This document shows positions 38,650-41,994 of a DNA stretch of 41,994 nucleotides, in pieces; the first letter of the stretch is position 1; each line of letters begins with the position of its first letter. Made by a program: the position numbers and the translations under genes. This DNA comes from Clostridiales bacterium (GTDB lineage Bacteria > Bacillota > Clostridia > Oscillospirales > QAMX01): contig JAAZBA010000172.1 of the NCBI GenBank assembly GCA_012514045.1, positions 1 to 41,994 of the forward strand, written 5' to 3'. Below the pieces are notes generated by a model. That model had not been told where the DNA came from. It searched no databases and was given only the letters and a program-made list of their open reading frames with translations.

Positions 38650-40839
38650 TTACTGTACCTTCTCAAGAAGAGCGTAGACGATGGCGGCGGCTTCTTTTTT
38701 GGTTATAGTCTTGTCGGTGATCTTTCCGGCGGGCAGGAGGCCCATGGCGTCGGAGACGGCGGCATAACCGACCTTATCCTTCGCTATGTCTTCATAGCCC
38801 TTGTCCTTAAAGAGCTCGGAGAGTTTAGCGACCTCGCCGAAGCGGAAGGCGTCAAGGGAATAGACCACGGCCTGAAGGGCAGATATCTTTTCATCTTTAG
38901 GAACGATCTTATCTTTAATTATTCCGTACTTCGAAAGCTGGGAGACGAAGGGAGAATAATTTTCCTTTAAGATGGGGTAAGGACCGTAGAAGCGGCTGTA
39001 TGCGGAGGCGAGCATGTACAGAAGCTCTGTGTCTGTGACATCCTCATCAAAATCGACCTTATCGATGCTTTCCTCACCGAAGGTTACGCCCACGGAGTAG
39101 AGTTTCTCGATGTATTCGGGGTATTCACCCGCCGCTGCTTCCTCTTCGGGCTCATATTCCTCTCCGTCGTAGTCCACAACAAAGCCCTTTAGAGCGTCAA
39201 CAGCTGATAACTGGGCGTCAACCGTGTAGACAAGTGAGTAGGAGATAATATCCCCGAACTCATCTCTGACAGGACTGTAGCGAAGGTCTGTGCCGTAAAA
39301 CTCTGCTATCGCCTTCTTCGCCGCGGTGTCGCCTATGGCGCCGAAAACCGAGGGGAATGTGATGTTTTCTTCCCAGTTGAGGTTAAAGGAAGAGACCTTT
39401 CCGGTGTAGCAGTCATAGCGTATTGAGACGCCGTTTGAGTAGTAGGGCACGCCTTCGTTGGTGCGCACATAGTTATAGAATATATAGCGGTCGTTGCCGG
39501 ACATATTTGTAAATTCAAGTCCGTCATTCTTTTCAAGCCTCATGCTCTCCCGGTATTTCTCGGGAACGAAGGCCTTCATGACTTTTTCAACCTCCTCCGG
39601 GGCTTTCTTTATGTAGAAGTCCGGATTTGAAGGTATTGTGGCGTTGTAGTCATAGGTATAGAAGGAGAGGAGAGCTCCCGTTTTCGCGTCAAGGGTCATG
39701 GAAACGTTCAGGTCGGACTTGCCGGCGTTTTCTTCCTTATCTCTGTCAAAAGCAAAGACGAAATCCAGACCCCAGCGGTATTGATCTTCATAGCCTGTAA
39801 GGCGGTAGTTTGTGAGCTTGTAGGAATTGAGGGAAAAGTAGTCAAAGCTTCTAGCCTTCTTCTCTATCTCCTCAAGGCTCAGAAGTCCGGGGAGCTTTTC
39901 AAGGGCGCCGATTTCCGCCTCTGATAGACGGACGCCGCCCATGCCTTCGGCTGACTTAGCCATATCCATCTCTGCCTCTTCCGTGGCGGCGTTATGGTCG
40001 TAGCCAATGTACTCATAGAGATCCGCTTCCTCGCCGGTGAAGGCGTCAATTACCTTGCCGGACACATTGTATACGGGACGTATGAACTTTACGTTGTCCT
40101 CGCCGTAGAAGTCACGGTACACAAGCTCAGCCTCGCTCAGGGATATGTAGGCGCTTGCGGCTTTTTTGTCGCCGATGACCTCGGATACGGCGGCATATTC
40201 CACGCCCTCAGGTATGGGGAACGCATTGTAGAGCGTGGCGATGCCGTTGATGCCGTCAACGATGATGTGAACATAGCTTCCCTCAATGGGGACATTGTTT
40301 TTCACGCCCTCGTAGACAAAGGAGTAGGAGTTTGAAAACTTGGTTACCGGGGTTTCCTTCAGCCTGTAGGCGGAATAGCCTTTGGGCATGAGCTTGCGCA
40401 GCGTCGCGGAGGCTGTCTTCTCCGCGTCCACGGAGCTTACGTTCGGCAGCTTGCGGTACTCGCCGTAGTAGACATCGCTGCTGCAGCCGTAGGAGTAGAT
40501 GAAGCCGTCCTCCGAGCACTCGACGTAGATGTGATTTGGCTCTCCGTCGATTTCATAGTTCCAGTTGAAGGAGAACACGGTGCCCAGCTGGTTTGAGTAT
40601 GTGTAGCTGTCAAACTCCGCGTCATCGGGGACGTCGATCCTGCTCTTGACAGATATGAGAGCTTTCTCCATAAGGGCTTTGAGATCCTTCGTTTCTGTTT
40701 CCTCCTCTATAGGTTTTTCTGCTATGGGCATGACGGCTAAGTCGTCAATGACCTCTTCTGTCGGCGTAACAACGGCGGCGAGGGACGCCGCTGACAGCGC
40801 CATCATAAGAGCCAGAGCCAATGCGATTGTTTTCTTCAT
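38650..40839 (-). CDS. secreted repeat protein with a C-terminal SLH-like region
   Basis: Signal peptide MKKTIALALALMMALSAASLAAV from ATG 40839 (GAAAGGA RBS). The C-terminal roughly 150 aa resemble S-layer-homology repeats (FKDKGYEDIAKDKVGYAAVSDAMGLLPAG). The rest is unassigned. Confidence 0.45.
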   Translation of the reverse strand: MKKTIALALALMMALSAASLAAVVTPTEEVIDDLAVMPIAEKPIEEETETKDLKALMEKALISVKSRIDVPDDAEFDSYTYSNQLGTVFSFNWNYEIDGEPNHIYVECSEDGFIYSYGCSSDVYYGEYRKLPNVSSVDAEKTASATLRKLMPKGYSAYRLKETPVTKFSNSYSFVYEGVKNNVPIEGSYVHIIVDGINGIATLYNAFPIPEGVEYAAVSEVIGDKKAASAYISLSEAELVYRDFYGEDNVKFIRPVYNVSGKVIDAFTGEEADLYEYIGYDHNAATEEAEMDMAKSAEGMGGVRLSEAEIGALEKLPGLLSLEEIEKKARSFDYFSLNSYKLTNYRLTGYEDQYRWGLDFVFAFDRDKEENAGKSDLNVSMTLDAKTGALLSFYTYDYNATIPSNPDFYIKKAPEEVEKVMKAFVPEKYRESMRLEKNDGLEFTNMSGNDRYIFYNYVRTNEGVPYYSNGVSIRYDCYTGKVSSFNLNWEENITFPSVFGAIGDTAAKKAIAEFYGTDLRYSPVRDEFGDIISYSLVYTVDAQLSAVDALKGFVVDYDGEEYEPEEEAAAGEYPEYIEKLYSVGVTFGEESIDKVDFDEDVTDTELLYMLASAYSRFYGPYPILKENYSPFVSQLSKYGIIKDKIVPKDEKISALQAVVYSLDAFRFGEVAKLSELFKDKGYEDIAKDKVGYAAVSDAMGLLPAGKITDKTITKKEAAAIVYALLEKVQ

Positions 40840-40932
40840 ACAGATCATTCCTTTCAATTGTTTTTAAAATGCTTTCTGTACTTCATTTGACGCAGTAAAG
40901 AGTAGAAAAGTTCCGAAGTCTGAAAAAATTTT

Positions 40933-41820
40933 TTATAAATCCGCTTTCATGCCGTCGTAAGCGAGAATAATCCTTCCATCCCCCTCTTTAAGGCGGTTTT
41001 CAAAGTCCTCGTCGGAGAGATAGTTGTCGGTGGAGGTGGCAAGATGAGTGGCGTATATTTTCGCGTCAGGGGAGATTATGCCGTATTCCGAAAAGCGGCG
41101 GACGTTTTCGATGAAGTTAAGGCCGTTTAAGTGGGAATGGTGCTCCGGCGTTTCCATTATACCCCTAGTGGACTCCATTATGAGGACGTCACAGGAGCTG
41201 CCCTCGAGGGCTTTCAGATTGTCCTCGCTGTAGAGACCGCTGTCCGCGACGTAGAGAAGCCTCTTACCGTCGGGGAAGGTGAAGCGGTAGTTGAGGGCAT
41301 ACTCTCCCTCTCCGTAGGACATGTGGTTTGACTGTACGGCGAACACGATCATGCCGTCGATTTTATGGTCACGGTATGGCTCAAAGGGCGCGAAGCGGAC
41401 GAGATTTCGCTTTATAAGATCTTCCATGCCCGTGACGGGGCTGTGGTGCTTTGATTCAGCCATGAGCCCGAAGAGCCAGCGGAAGCCCTCCGGGGACATA
41501 TACACGGTGACAGCGTGCTCCGAGGGACGGGCGGTCATGGAGTGGACATTTATGTTTGAAAAAGAGAGGTGATCCTCATGGGTGTGGGTGATGAAGATGC
41601 TCCGCAGCTCCGTAAAGGAGACTCCGAAGTCCATGACGGAAGCCATGACGTCCGGTCCGAAATCCACGCAGGTACGTGTCCCAAGCATTGCGCAGCTTCT
41701 GCGGCGGGGCTTTCTCTTTCCCTCAGATATGAGTTTTCTGGCGGTTTCGCAGTGTGAGCAGTTGCAGAAGGGGTTGGGGTTCATCTCCGCCGCCCCCGTC
41801 CCGAGAAATGTGATGTTCAT
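40933..41820 (-). CDS. MBL-fold metallo-hydrolase (PhnP-like)
   Basis: ITHTHEDH (HxHxDH) motif, N-terminal Cys cluster CNCSHC, later His/Asp ligands. GGAGG RBS upstream. Confidence 0.75.
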   Translation of the reverse strand: MNITFLGTGAAEMNPNPFCNCSHCETARKLISEGKRKPRRRSCAMLGTRTCVDFGPDVMASVMDFGVSFTELRSIFITHTHEDHLSFSNINVHSMTARPSEHAVTVYMSPEGFRWLFGLMAESKHHSPVTGMEDLIKRNLVRFAPFEPYRDHKIDGMIVFAVQSNHMSYGEGEYALNYRFTFPDGKRLLYVADSGLYSEDNLKALEGSSCDVLIMESTRGIMETPEHHSHLNGLNFIENVRRFSEYGIISPDAKIYATHLATSTDNYLSDEDFENRLKEGDGRIILAYDGMKADL

Positions 41821-41864
41821 GATGTTTCCTCCGATATGTGTTGTTTTTTTGTATTAATGATTTT

Positions 41865-41994
41865 GTATCCCCCAATATGCTGCGGTGCAGATCAAGAAGA
41901 CCGCGGGGCTGGTAAGTGTGTAGTCTCCCTCACGACGCTTGAAGATTAGCTAAGCTTCAAGCGTCAAGACAATGGAGGAAGGGAACAGCTCCAA
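41865..41994 (+). repeat. modular palindromic intergenic repeat, copy R6 (A then C modules; truncated by the window edge)
   Basis: Begins GTATCCCCCAATATGCTGCGGTGCAG... Contains GACGCTTGAAG-ATTAGCTA-AGCTTCAAGCGTC followed by AAGACAATGGAGG, as in R2. Confidence 0.8.

Overview
This window is the replication-origin region of a Firmicutes (Clostridia-type) chromosome. The taxonomic guess rests only on gene order and the T-box leader. The core is a minus-strand block: dnaA, oriC, dnaN, yaaA (S4), recF, remB (DUF370), gyrB, gyrA, a GH3 NagZ-like lipoprotein, soj, spo0J and mscL. It continues into a small rare-sugar cassette with a D-psicose/tagatose 3-epimerase, a Zn polyol dehydrogenase, a SLOG/DUF1273 protein and an aldo-keto reductase. 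To the right of oriC lie a Thr-specific T-box leader with thrS, a beta-helix GH28-like protein, a YbxB-like methyltransferase, a ceramidase-like protein, a secreted repeat protein and an MBL-fold hydrolase. The left 12.6 kb is visibly lower in GC and rich in efflux genes. It holds two TetR regulators, a MacB-type ABC pair, two MFS transporters, a MATE transporter, a CPBP-like protein and an alpha/beta hydrolase, and it ends at the 3' end of a tRNA-Pro(UGG). I found no CRISPR array, transposase, integrase or recognisable defence system. The most unusual structure is a family of modular, palindrome-rich intergenic repeats: six composite copies plus one fragment, with GTATCCCCC/GGGGGATAC termini. 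From 15.3 kb rightward they fill every large intergenic gap except oriC and the thrS leader. Other points worth a second look are a compact oriC with TAG/GTA trinucleotide repeats between an AT-rich block and tandem DnaA boxes, a 15-bp TetR operator used twice, a probable 1-nt frameshift at the MATE 3' end, and unusual 4-nt gene overlaps (mscL/epimerase, gyrA/nagZ-like). All identities and motif matches were judged by eye, and family calls come from memory of conserved motifs; no searches were run.
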